Shown here: in pieces, positions 26,701 through 33,708 of the stretch
Position numbering within the stretch: the stretch's first letter is position 1
Layout: each line of letters opens with the position of its first letter
The notes under the pieces: model-generated
Told to the model about the DNA's origin: nothing
What the model saw: only the letters and a program-made list of their open reading frames with translations
Databases searched by the model: none
Source: Myxococcota bacterium
GTDB taxonomy: Bacteria > Myxococcota > XYA12-FULL-58-9 > JALHOP01
Reading direction: 5' to 3'
NCBI GenBank assembly: GCA_041288095.1
Contig: JBGGMJ010000169.1
Coordinates: 1 to 37,456 of the forward strand
Length of the DNA: 37,456 nucleotides
Position numbers and translations under genes: made by a program

Positions 26701-26935
26701 GAACGCTGGTGGCCGCGATCCCGAGGCTGTCGCGCGAGAGATCGCCAGCGCCCACATGTTGGTGCAGAGCGCCGCCAGCGCCGTCACCGTGGATTTGACT
26801 CCACCACCTCCGCCCGAGCCCGAGCCCGTTTCGACGACGACCTTCGGGACGAGCGGCGGATCGACGGACACCGTCGAGCAGGCACCGGCGTCAGCGCCAG
26901 CCGAAGTATCGCAAGCCACCACCAGCGAGTTCTGA
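23792..26935 (+). CDS. Membrane protein (1047 aa): N-terminal extension, internal signal peptide-like segment, TPM-like alpha/beta domain, TM helix, long coiled coil
   Basis: GAGAG RBS and ATG 9 nt after the upstream stop. AGLAAGLVLGTLGGAVSTAAFA|QE ends at residue 167. Alpha/beta domain GQNVYVIGNID...VTVIAVE...NAVIMVVSF. TM ILSGVGILGAGLALLVGLAHL followed by RRRR, then ~600 aa of Ala-rich helix. The TPM assignment is inferred. Confidence 0.75.
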   Translation: MLASAHLTRENLGTLSEVLGPYVGTKMDATTQTRVAQELTARFGTPVTAAELPSLVRGYAAIADRVASQDARQADVGKRFGGTLVASSTRDDRRSRWNAKGPLAFLMRATTSTFPMETLTSAVMRTAALGDMARAVLAGTAKAARAGLAAGLVLGTLGGAVSTAAFAQELGTAGQAQVRAMPARDLEDAGARLSRGQNVYVIGNIDARHNLDSLESYLRRHAPSVTVIAVERADRDNAGIRQFVDTWLAQAPAVRSRVDAQSGQNNAVIMVVSFGNSAGPNKRSFTYAAGEYYARRGFATSVDVESVFKRPGADASIDTRVRAVVNHINGGVERPAIAAGAPSVSPAQPSVSAEGLSTQTTILSGVGILGAGLALLVGLAHLRRRRAGKEAQERIASVEQKLELTLTTYAQQLDALRQKVSDDPQALVDRFAGQSDQVAEQIVRDIGELAVAQGSARFLLSEAKALVARDAARSAAASFLSSQDLRAAVATLTDREVQISPRPEIQLALGETVGSPQWLVAIQDNLKGFAPFTASSNKLLASIDQLGKRAAKNTDELAAALATGGNFTELETEKTDLIQLVRDLDRKAPDGQFRVPLTPITTAISATLEAARAEWSSNPVGAVNGVGATASRMLQETAALTHAGIEARDVTLPALTAAKAKLAASEVDTAWLDTAIAALSRDVTKIAGQIPDGSVKNDIDRLTAALSRLVARAENAVTLNERRTGRAATDIATATQNVDGARAELAVKLRIAPERMLREDGFDPSARLAEASTSLAQSKPALDIGDIEAATTALADVDARVKEANDLVDEARFTVAKHAENLRAFTEEERVLGPAVDDHLGLAGELRRMYAPHVVRELDGVDIAMGDAFQAGYSAVHSADPLFRRGALIGASRALLTAEQHFATVRTNMERIGRVAQALEAADRANAEAAQVAVLAYTTAAQLAANGVTSSTMALITNSQLAVTMAAAGLNAGGRDPEAVAREIASAHMLVQSAASAVTVDLTPPPPPEPEPVSTTTFGTSGGSTDTVEQAPASAPAEVSQATTSEF

Positions 26936-26938
26936 GGC

Positions 26939-27358
26939 ATGGCACGGCATCCCCTCAGTCTCGTACGGCTGACGCCTCCCGCGGGATGGCACGACGCCTC
27001 GGTGCTGTCGTTCGTCGCTCCGGAGGTCAACGGCTTTCGCGCCAACGTCCTGGTGACGCACGAGATGGTGACCGACACCGACGTGAACGTCTTCGCGGAC
27101 CGGCAAAGCGCCGAGCTCGCGGGCGCGCTCGCGCAATACCGCAAGCTGTCGCGGGAAAAAATCAAAGTAGGCGCCATCGATGCCGTCAGCGTAGCCTACA
27201 CCTTCGCATCGCCGAACGGCTCGGTCGTGCGCCAGCAGGTCGTCTACGCGCTGCTCGGCGAGATTGCGTACACGTTGGTGATGACGAGCGACGAGGCCGC
27301 CGCCGAGAGCTCGGCGCGAGCGTTCGCGCAAGTACTGGCCGAATTCCAGATCGGCTAG
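26939..27358 (+). CDS. DcrB/DUF1795-like (PsbP/Mog1p fold) protein
   Basis: LTPPAGWHDASVLSF...FRANVLVTHE...VRQQVVYA...AYTLVMTS...FAQVLAEFQI matches the DUF1795/DcrB-related pattern. Starts 3 nt after the upstream stop; no signal peptide. Confidence 0.75.
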   Translation: MARHPLSLVRLTPPAGWHDASVLSFVAPEVNGFRANVLVTHEMVTDTDVNVFADRQSAELAGALAQYRKLSREKIKVGAIDAVSVAYTFASPNGSVVRQQVVYALLGEIAYTLVMTSDEAAAESSARAFAQVLAEFQIG

Positions 27359-29559
27359 CGCTGCATCAGTTTCTGCCACTCGAGCCGAGCGATGGCGTCT
27401 TCGGCACGGGCGCGCTCACCGCTGGTTTGCGCCGACTCGAGATGGCGCTTGTAGTCCGCGATAGCGGTTTCAGTCTGACCGAGCTTCGCGTGGCTCTCGG
27501 CGACCAAGCGGAGGCGCTCGGATTCGACGGGCAAGAACGGATGCGGGCCGATAGGGTCGAGCGTCGCCGCGGCGAGGTCGTGGACGTTCTCGCGGACGAG
27601 CAGTCTGCCAAAGAGATACGCCATGGTCGGCTCACCGGCGTCGGCGCGCATCCAGCGCTCGAAGGTAAGGGCGTCACGCACGGGCGCGATGTCTCCGTCC
27701 AAGTAGGTGCGTAGGCGCTCGCTTTGTGTGGGCTCGCGGCCGAGCGCCCAGATGCGAACCCATTGCAGGCGCTGGCCGTCGCTCGACCCGTCGAGCTCGA
27801 GCACGGTCTCAAAGGCCTTGCGGGCGCTTTCGAGATCACCGCGCTGCCAGGCGAGCTGGCCCTGCATCTCGACGAGGCGCGCGCGCTGACCGGGCGTGAG
27901 ATCCTGACGCTCGAGGAGCGACATCGCCTCGCTCGTGAACGCGACATCGTCACCAGCGCGCCGCAGCGCTTGCGCGAGATCGAAGCGCGCCGAGGTCGAG
28001 TCGCCGAGGTGCGTGCAGATGTCGCGGTAGATGGCGATCGCCTTGTCTCCCGAAGCTTTGACCGCGCGCGCGCGCAGCTGCGCGATCTCGTGTGCGCAGG
28101 GTTTGGCGAAGATGCTCGGCGTCTTGAACTGGTCCTCGGCCATGCGGCGCTCGCGATCGGCGAGCGGCAGCGCATCGATGAACGCCTCCCACTCGCCGAC
28201 GAGCTCCGATAGCGGCTTGCCGTAGGCGCCTGCGAAGTCCGCCGCTGGGTAGGCGGCTTTCAGTGGCAGCGGCCCGTACTGCGCGAGCAAGTAGCGCACG
28301 AACGAGCCCGCGACGGTGTACGCGCGGCTCGGAGCCTGCGACCAGAAGCCGGTGGCGCCGAGGATGGAGCGCATGTCGGGAGCGCGTCCAATCGCGCGCA
28401 AGGCACGAGCCCACGTGTGGAGATCATATGCACCGCGCTCCGGGGTCACGGCTTCGGCGACACCCTCCACCAGGCCCATGTTGACGAATACGCCATAGCG
28501 GGCACTTGCGCCGAGCAGGCCCGAGCCGAACTCGGCTGCGACCGCGTGCGCGAGCTCGTGCGGCAAGACGTCGTGCGGCGCCGTGGGGCCGTGGATGTGG
28601 ATCTCGTGCAGCCAGGGCTTGGCGACCTGCGTTCCGCGGCCGCCCATCAGACGCGCCTTCTGGTCCGGGTCACGGTAGACGTAGGAGTGAATCTTCCACT
28701 CGGGAAAGGCGGCGAAGCGCCGTTGCAGCGCCTCGAGACGGAACTGGTGATCGTCGGCGATGGCCTCGCGCTGCGTCTCGTTGACGTTGCTTGGTAGGTG
28801 AATGACGAGCCCAGGTCGCGTCACCGTGACCGGCAGCTCGCTCTCGATGTCCGACCGCGAGACGTCGAAGCCAATCCGCGGGCCGACGACTCCGTCGTAG
28901 GTTAGGGCAACGACCATGGCCAACACGCCGCCCAAGTAGGCGCCGCCACGCGACCGTTCGAACAGACGCAGGACCCAGATGATGCCGGCGATGCGCAACA
29001 AGGTGCCGAGGCGGAAAAACAGCAGCTTCTTGTCGAGCGGAATGGTCTCGTCGTACAGCGAGCCCGCGAAATAGCCCCAGGCGTGGTCGAAGACGAAGAT
29101 GGGCGGCTGCATGTAGACGTGCCAAGCGCTCATCACCAGCGGCAGCAGGACCACGATGACGCCGAACAGGCGGCGGGCGAGCGTCGAGGTCGCAAAGACC
29201 GTCCTGCCGAGGACGCCGAAGGTCGACATGTAGACGCCGGTCGCGCACGGCAGGATCAGATAGAAGGCGAGGCCCTCGCCGTAGTCGCAATTGCGGACGC
29301 GCATGGCGTTCAACGTCAGGATGAGCCACGGTACCCCGAGCACGAGCAGCGTCGTGGCCCAGGCGCGGGGTAGGGCGCGCCGCGACCTTCGGGTCTGCGC
29401 CGCCACGCCGGAGCCGATGGCGTAGCTGGTGGGTGCCGCGAGGGCGGCGACCGCAAAGGCCGCTTCGTAGCCCAAGAGGTCGAAAAGCGGAACGAAACAG
29501 CAGGTCAGCGCGAGCAACGCATGGAGGATGAGCGGGATGGTGAGCCAACGTTGTCGCAT
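27355..29559 (-). CDS. Multi-pass membrane protein with a peptidase MA (gluzincin)-like domain and C-terminal TPR-like repeats
   Basis: About seven N-terminal hydrophobic helices, VLPHELAHAV...GLVEGVAEA (HEXXH plus E), AYTVAGSFVRYL, and TPR-like helices (GQLAWQRGDLESARKAFETVL). Confidence 0.8.
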   Translation of the reverse strand: MRQRWLTIPLILHALLALTCCFVPLFDLLGYEAAFAVAALAAPTSYAIGSGVAAQTRRSRRALPRAWATTLLVLGVPWLILTLNAMRVRNCDYGEGLAFYLILPCATGVYMSTFGVLGRTVFATSTLARRLFGVIVVLLPLVMSAWHVYMQPPIFVFDHAWGYFAGSLYDETIPLDKKLLFFRLGTLLRIAGIIWVLRLFERSRGGAYLGGVLAMVVALTYDGVVGPRIGFDVSRSDIESELPVTVTRPGLVIHLPSNVNETQREAIADDHQFRLEALQRRFAAFPEWKIHSYVYRDPDQKARLMGGRGTQVAKPWLHEIHIHGPTAPHDVLPHELAHAVAAEFGSGLLGASARYGVFVNMGLVEGVAEAVTPERGAYDLHTWARALRAIGRAPDMRSILGATGFWSQAPSRAYTVAGSFVRYLLAQYGPLPLKAAYPAADFAGAYGKPLSELVGEWEAFIDALPLADRERRMAEDQFKTPSIFAKPCAHEIAQLRARAVKASGDKAIAIYRDICTHLGDSTSARFDLAQALRRAGDDVAFTSEAMSLLERQDLTPGQRARLVEMQGQLAWQRGDLESARKAFETVLELDGSSDGQRLQWVRIWALGREPTQSERLRTYLDGDIAPVRDALTFERWMRADAGEPTMAYLFGRLLVRENVHDLAAATLDPIGPHPFLPVESERLRLVAESHAKLGQTETAIADYKRHLESAQTSGERARAEDAIARLEWQKLMQR

Positions 29560-29562
29560 ATC

Positions 29563-29591
29563 TTTACCGGCGGCCCTCTGCCGCCTATGCT
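29563..29591 (+). promoter_or_regulatory. Putative sigma-70 promoter, leaderless configuration
   Basis: TTTACC, 17 nt, TATGCT. The GTG start at 29598 follows the -10 after only 6 nt, with no SD sequence. Confidence 0.45.
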
Positions 29592-29597
29592 CCTAAC

Positions 29598-29996
29598 GTG
29601 GCGGACGGAAGTGACAAGCGCGACTCGTTGCGCGCACCGATCGAGCTCAAGGTCGAGTACAAGAAGATGAACACCTTCTTTGCCGACTACACCAAAAACA
29701 TCTCCAAGGGTGGAACCTTCATCAAGACCGATCGTCCTTTGCCGGTCGGCACGGAGTTCCTCTTCAAGCTCACGTTGCCCAAACGCGACGCCCCGTTCGA
29801 GCTGAAGGGGACGGTCATGTGGACCAACAAGCCGACCGAGGTCCAGAATCCCGAGATCGGCGCGATGGGCATGGGCATCCGCTTCATCTTCGAGGAAGAC
29901 TCGGAGCGGACGGATTTCGAGGCGCAGGTCGAGGCGCTGATGGTCGACTCACTGGGATCGCATCTCTACAACAAGCTGCTCGAGAAGACCCGATAG
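29598..29996 (+). CDS. plpA: TIGR02266-family PilZ-domain protein, probable PlpA orthologue
   Basis: RDSLR (RxxxR), NISKGGTFIKT, GMGIRF. The sequence and its position near the cglC-gltBAC cluster recall M. xanthus plpA; the symbol is from memory and not verified. Confidence 0.7.
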   Translation: MADGSDKRDSLRAPIELKVEYKKMNTFFADYTKNISKGGTFIKTDRPLPVGTEFLFKLTLPKRDAPFELKGTVMWTNKPTEVQNPEIGAMGMGIRFIFEEDSERTDFEAQVEALMVDSLGSHLYNKLLEKTR

Positions 29997-30186
29997 CGGG
30001 TCAGCGGGTGAGCGAGCGGGCGATCGGGTTGATTACGCCTTGCGCTCCTCGCCCGACATCCCGCGCTGTCCTCGGCGGGCCTTAGCAACTCTGATCGGAC
30101 GATGACCGCCTGCGGGGCGCGGGCTGCCGGGCTTGCGGTGCCGGCTCCATCAACCCTCTGCGCGCACTTCTCTGCGAGGAATCAAT

Positions 30187-30696
30187 TTAGTGAGCGGGGA
30201 GGGTCGTGCTCATTCCGCGTAGAGTCATGCGCACACCAGCGGCGATTCCGTTCGCCGCGGCGAAGCCGCCGTTCACTTCGACGACGTAAGCGGCGGGCGC
30301 ATCGACCGTGCGGGGGGTCGTGGTCATGGGCTCGGCATCAGGGACGACGCCGACCACCTCGAGGCCGCTGTTCACGAAGATCATGTCGAGCGGGATGAGC
30401 GTGTTCTTCATCCAGAAGCTCTGCACTTCGTCGCTGGGGAACATGAAGATCATCCCCTGATCGGCGCCGAGCGTGCGCCGGTTCATCAGGCCCTGCGAGC
30501 GCTCCGTCGGCGAGTCCGCGATCTCGACGGTGACGACCACGTCGCCGCTGGCCGCGTGGAAGACGACCTGAGAAGGCTCGGCGTCGCCATCCGTTGGCGC
30601 GACATGCGGCTTGCCGTTGCCGTCGTCGGAAGCGGAGGAACCGCTACAGGCCACGAGCAGGGCGAGGCCTAGACCGCTAAAGCGCACACCAAGCAT
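30187..30696 (-). CDS. DUF192 family lipoprotein
   Basis: Start moved to the ATG at 30696. Lipobox LLVAC, VEIADSPTERSQGLMNR, GMIFMF, FWMKNTLIPLDMIF, YVVEVNGG. Confidence 0.9.
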   Translation of the reverse strand: MLGVRFSGLGLALLVACSGSSASDDGNGKPHVAPTDGDAEPSQVVFHAASGDVVVTVEIADSPTERSQGLMNRRTLGADQGMIFMFPSDEVQSFWMKNTLIPLDMIFVNSGLEVVGVVPDAEPMTTTPRTVDAPAAYVVEVNGGFAAANGIAAGVRMTLRGMSTTLPAH

Positions 30697-31397
30697 CACA
30701 GCGTCTTCGAAACCGACTGGCGGCTCCCGACACACGTGCCTCGCAGCACCGCGGCGCCGACCGGGAAGGCGTCACCTAGTGGGGGCTGACAAGCCAGCGC
30801 CTCGGCTTCGCAGAAGTTCGAGTTGGAAGCCTCGGTCTCGCCGTTGCACAGGCAAAACGGCACCTCTTCGCGCGGCTGACAGGTGAGGAAATGTTGCTCG
30901 CACGAGGTATTGGCGAGCAGACACGCGTCGAGGCAGACGAGCACGACGCATTGGATGTTGCCGACGTCGCCGCAGTCGAAGTTGTTCAAACAGCCCGTTT
31001 GGCGCGTGCAGTAGCGCTTGTCGCGCAACGGACCCGCTTCTTGCACCTGATTGCAGGTGAAGCCGGAGGGACAATCATCGCCACGGCAAAGCCCGTCGAT
31101 GCAGTGCTCCTCGTCGTCGCTGCAGTCGTTGTCGGTGGTGCAGGTCGCGTTGCTCGAGCTGCTCTCGTAGCGGCACTCCTCGGTGCAATACGGGGCGAGG
31201 CCGCCTTCCGTGAGGCACTGGAACGAGCCGCAGACACCATCGCGCTCGATGCGCACGATCTCGTCGACCGCCGTTTCGCCCTCGACGATCTCACCCTCGA
31301 GGATCGGCGCATCGGTTCCGCAAGCGCCGCCGAGCGGCTCTTCAGCATTGCAGGCGGCCAACGCCACCGAGACAATGATCAGTCCTTGAAGTCGCAC
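30696..31397 (-). CDS. Cys-rich lipoprotein, CglC-like paralogue
   Basis: Start moved to the GTG at 31397: MRLQGLIIVSVALAAC lipobox, then LGGAC, CGSFQCL, YCTEEC and CPSGFTC motifs shared with the upstream gene, with extra Cys-rich modules. Confidence 0.7.
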   Translation of the reverse strand: MRLQGLIIVSVALAACNAEEPLGGACGTDAPILEGEIVEGETAVDEIVRIERDGVCGSFQCLTEGGLAPYCTEECRYESSSSNATCTTDNDCSDDEEHCIDGLCRGDDCPSGFTCNQVQEAGPLRDKRYCTRQTGCLNNFDCGDVGNIQCVVLVCLDACLLANTSCEQHFLTCQPREEVPFCLCNGETEASNSNFCEAEALACQPPLGDAFPVGAAVLRGTCVGSRQSVSKTL

Positions 31398-31831
31398 AGC
31401 TTGAAATCCTCTCCGGGGAACACGTTCGCGACCGAACGACACGCCAGTTTACCCTCGTCGCCGCAGTCACTGTCCTTGCTGCATTGTTTCCACGTGCAGA
31501 GGCTGCGCGCAAAGCTGCCAGCGGACACCGAGCGGCACGAGAAGCCGTTCGGACAGCTCGAATCAGCGCGGCATTCCTTGGTGCAATAGCCGTCGCGTCC
31601 CTGGCTCGCCACGCAAATCAGCTCGTCGCAGGGATAAGCAACGCTCGTCCCGTAGGTCTCGAGCACGGTCGCGGTGCCATCGCCGTTGACGGTGACGAGG
31701 TTGTTACGCTGATCGTCGGTGAGCAGCTCCGGGCAGCTCTGGCCGATGTCGTTGTCGTTGCAAGCCACGGCGAAGCCCGCGAGCGCGAGCGTCACGAATA
31801 AGACGAACTGCCGCTGTCGGGGTCGTAACAC
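31379..31831 (-). CDS. cglC: Adventurous gliding motility lipoprotein CglC (GltK/AgmO)-like
   Basis: Start at the GTG at 31831. Lipobox FAVAC, then NDIGQSC, CDELICV, GYCTKEC, CPNGFSCR. Divergent from gltB-gltA-gltC, as in the M. xanthus G2 gliding cluster. Confidence 0.75.
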   Translation of the reverse strand: MLRPRQRQFVLFVTLALAGFAVACNDNDIGQSCPELLTDDQRNNLVTVNGDGTATVLETYGTSVAYPCDELICVASQGRDGYCTKECRADSSCPNGFSCRSVSAGSFARSLCTWKQCSKDSDCGDEGKLACRSVANVFPGEDFKLCDFKD

Positions 31832-31925
31832 GCCACGAGGGGAGTAACATGGGGCCCTGCGCAGCGGCAACAAAACCTCCTGATCGCGGCGCGCCGGCCA
31901 AGTGGTGTGAAACGCTCTAGTTTGT

Positions 31926-31954
31926 TTGACACACACTCCCACCGCCGATAGCCT
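31926..31954 (+). promoter_or_regulatory. Putative sigma-70 promoter of gltBAC
   Basis: TTGACA (31926-31931), 17 nt, TAGCCT (31949-31954). This implies the true gltB start lies downstream (TTG 31992 after GGAG). Confidence 0.6.
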
Positions 31955-31991
31955 CCGCGTGCACCCGACTCATATTTTTGCGGAGCCGCGA

Positions 31992-32930
31992 TTGAGCTCG
32001 TCCCTCTCTAAGGTCACTCTTGCGCTTGCGTGCGTGCTGGCTAGCCGTGCCGCGTACGCGCAGAGCTCCTCCGACGAAGATCTTCTCGGCGGCTTTGACA
32101 AACCGGCCGCTACGCCGACAGCACCGGCACCCAAGAAAGCAAATCCGCCGGCCACCAAGCCCGCGGAGGCTCAGGTGAAGCCCGCTCCCGCTCCGGCTCC
32201 CACGCCCGCGGCGACACCCGCGCCCGCGGCGGCTCCGGCCACGGACACTGCCGCCACGACCAGCACCACGACCACGACGACGGCGCCCGCCGCCGCCGAG
32301 CAGACGCCGGCAGCCAAGGTGGAAGAGAACCCGGCCGCGCTCGATCGCATCAAGGCCGTGCCGAAGAAGCCGCTCCTCAAGGTGCACCGCTTCGAGCTTA
32401 CGCCGATGGCCAGCTTGTCGCTGAACGACGCGTACTATCAGCACTACGCCGTCGGCGGCACCGCCATCTACTATCCCCACGACGCGTTCGGCATCGGCAT
32501 CGGCGTCGACTACCTCTACCAGCACACCAAGCGGAACGCGGTGGATGAAGTCCGCGCCAGCCTCACGTCCGTTCCAGCGGTCTTCGAAGCGCCCAAGATG
32601 TTCGCGCACCTCGACGTCTACTGGGTTCCGCTCTACGGCAAGTTCAGCTTGTTCAACACGGCGATCATCCCGTTCGATGTCTACGCCACGGCCGGCGGCG
32701 GCGCCGCGACCGCCTTCAGCAACGGTCGCTGGATGCCAGCGGTGAACGCCGGCATCGGTACCCGTCTCGGCATCGCCGACTGGATGGCCCTGCGCTTCGA
32801 GATTCGCGATCACTTCTTCCTCGATACGCAGCAGGTCGACACGGTCGAGCGCTCGGACGTTCAGAACTACGTCATGGCGCAAATCGGCTTGTCGTTCTTC
32901 ATTCCGCCGACCTTCGAGTACAGCTTCTGA
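31992..32930 (+). CDS. gltB: Outer-membrane beta-barrel gliding protein GltB-like
   Basis: Signal peptide ending AAYA|Q, Pro/Ala/Thr linker, DRIKAVPKKPLLKVHRFELTP, SLNDAYY, WVPLYGKFSLF, C-terminal GLSFFIP. First of two paralogous barrels ahead of gltC; symbol assigned by gene order. Confidence 0.75.
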   Translation: MSSSLSKVTLALACVLASRAAYAQSSSDEDLLGGFDKPAATPTAPAPKKANPPATKPAEAQVKPAPAPAPTPAATPAPAAAPATDTAATTSTTTTTTAPAAAEQTPAAKVEENPAALDRIKAVPKKPLLKVHRFELTPMASLSLNDAYYQHYAVGGTAIYYPHDAFGIGIGVDYLYQHTKRNAVDEVRASLTSVPAVFEAPKMFAHLDVYWVPLYGKFSLFNTAIIPFDVYATAGGGAATAFSNGRWMPAVNAGIGTRLGIADWMALRFEIRDHFFLDTQQVDTVERSDVQNYVMAQIGLSFFIPPTFEYSF

Positions 32931-32944
32931 GAGGCCTACGAACC

Positions 32945-33658
32945 ATGCGCACATTCATCTGGCTCGCGGCGTTCACCGGCTTTTTGGTCGCCGATCACGC
33001 ATACGCTCAAGCGGACGATGAGAACCTCTCGGCCGACGCCGAGGCCGAGCAGAAGGCCGGCAAGAGCGAGCACCACGGCCGGACCCTCGCCGAACGTATC
33101 CCCAGCGTCACCCGCCGCGTCTTCACCAAGAAGGGCCGCGTCGAGCTGACCCCCGCCGTGGGCCTGTCGCTCGATGACCCATTCCACAACGACTACATCT
33201 TCCAGGGCGGCGTCGCCTATCACATCAACGAGTCGTTCGCGGTCGGCGTCCAAGGCGAATACTGGGTCTCGAGCAGCTCGGCCCCCGATGTGAGTGGTGG
33301 TGGGGGCGGCGGCACGCTGGATTTCAATCACCCGATCTTCGCCGGGCGCCTCGAGGTCATCTGGTCGCCTATCTACGGCAAGGTGAACCTTTTCGCTGAA
33401 GAGGTCTTCCACTTCGACACCTTCATCAGCGTCGGCGCCGGCTATATCGGCCTCGACACCGACGGCTCGGTTGCGGGGACCATCGCCATCGGGCAACACT
33501 ATTTCCTGAACGATTGGTTGGCGCTGCGGGTGGACCTACGCGACCAGATCTTCTCGATGGACGTCAATCCAGCGGGCGGACCTGGCAAGCACGTGCAGAA
33601 TCTACTGACGTTCAATCTTGGTCTCGCGTTCTATGCGGGCGACGCGAGTCCCGAATAA
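32945..33658 (+). CDS. gltA: Outer-membrane beta-barrel gliding protein GltA-like
   Basis: Signal peptide ending AYA|Q, ERIPSVTRRVFTKKGRVELTP, SLDDPF, WSPIYGKVNLF, WLALRVDLRD. Paralogue of the upstream barrel. Confidence 0.75.
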   Translation: MRTFIWLAAFTGFLVADHAYAQADDENLSADAEAEQKAGKSEHHGRTLAERIPSVTRRVFTKKGRVELTPAVGLSLDDPFHNDYIFQGGVAYHINESFAVGVQGEYWVSSSSAPDVSGGGGGGTLDFNHPIFAGRLEVIWSPIYGKVNLFAEEVFHFDTFISVGAGYIGLDTDGSVAGTIAIGQHYFLNDWLALRVDLRDQIFSMDVNPAGGPGKHVQNLLTFNLGLAFYAGDASPE

Positions 33659-33708
33659 ATCGTTTGGTCGTAATGGATCGCTGACCGAAGCCGTTTGGAG
33701 CTGCTCAC

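Noticed and set aside
15159..27358. Accessory block as a prophage, integrative element or eCIS/T6SS structural locus
   Set aside because: No integrase, transposase, tRNA/att repeats, capsid, tail, sheath, VgrG or PAAR genes were recognisable.
31944..31951. GCCGATAG upstream of gltB as a fourth copy of the island motif
   Set aside because: It ends in TAG rather than TAA, lacks the upstream GCA[AC]C, and is better explained as part of a TTGACA-17-TAGCCT sigma-70 promoter.
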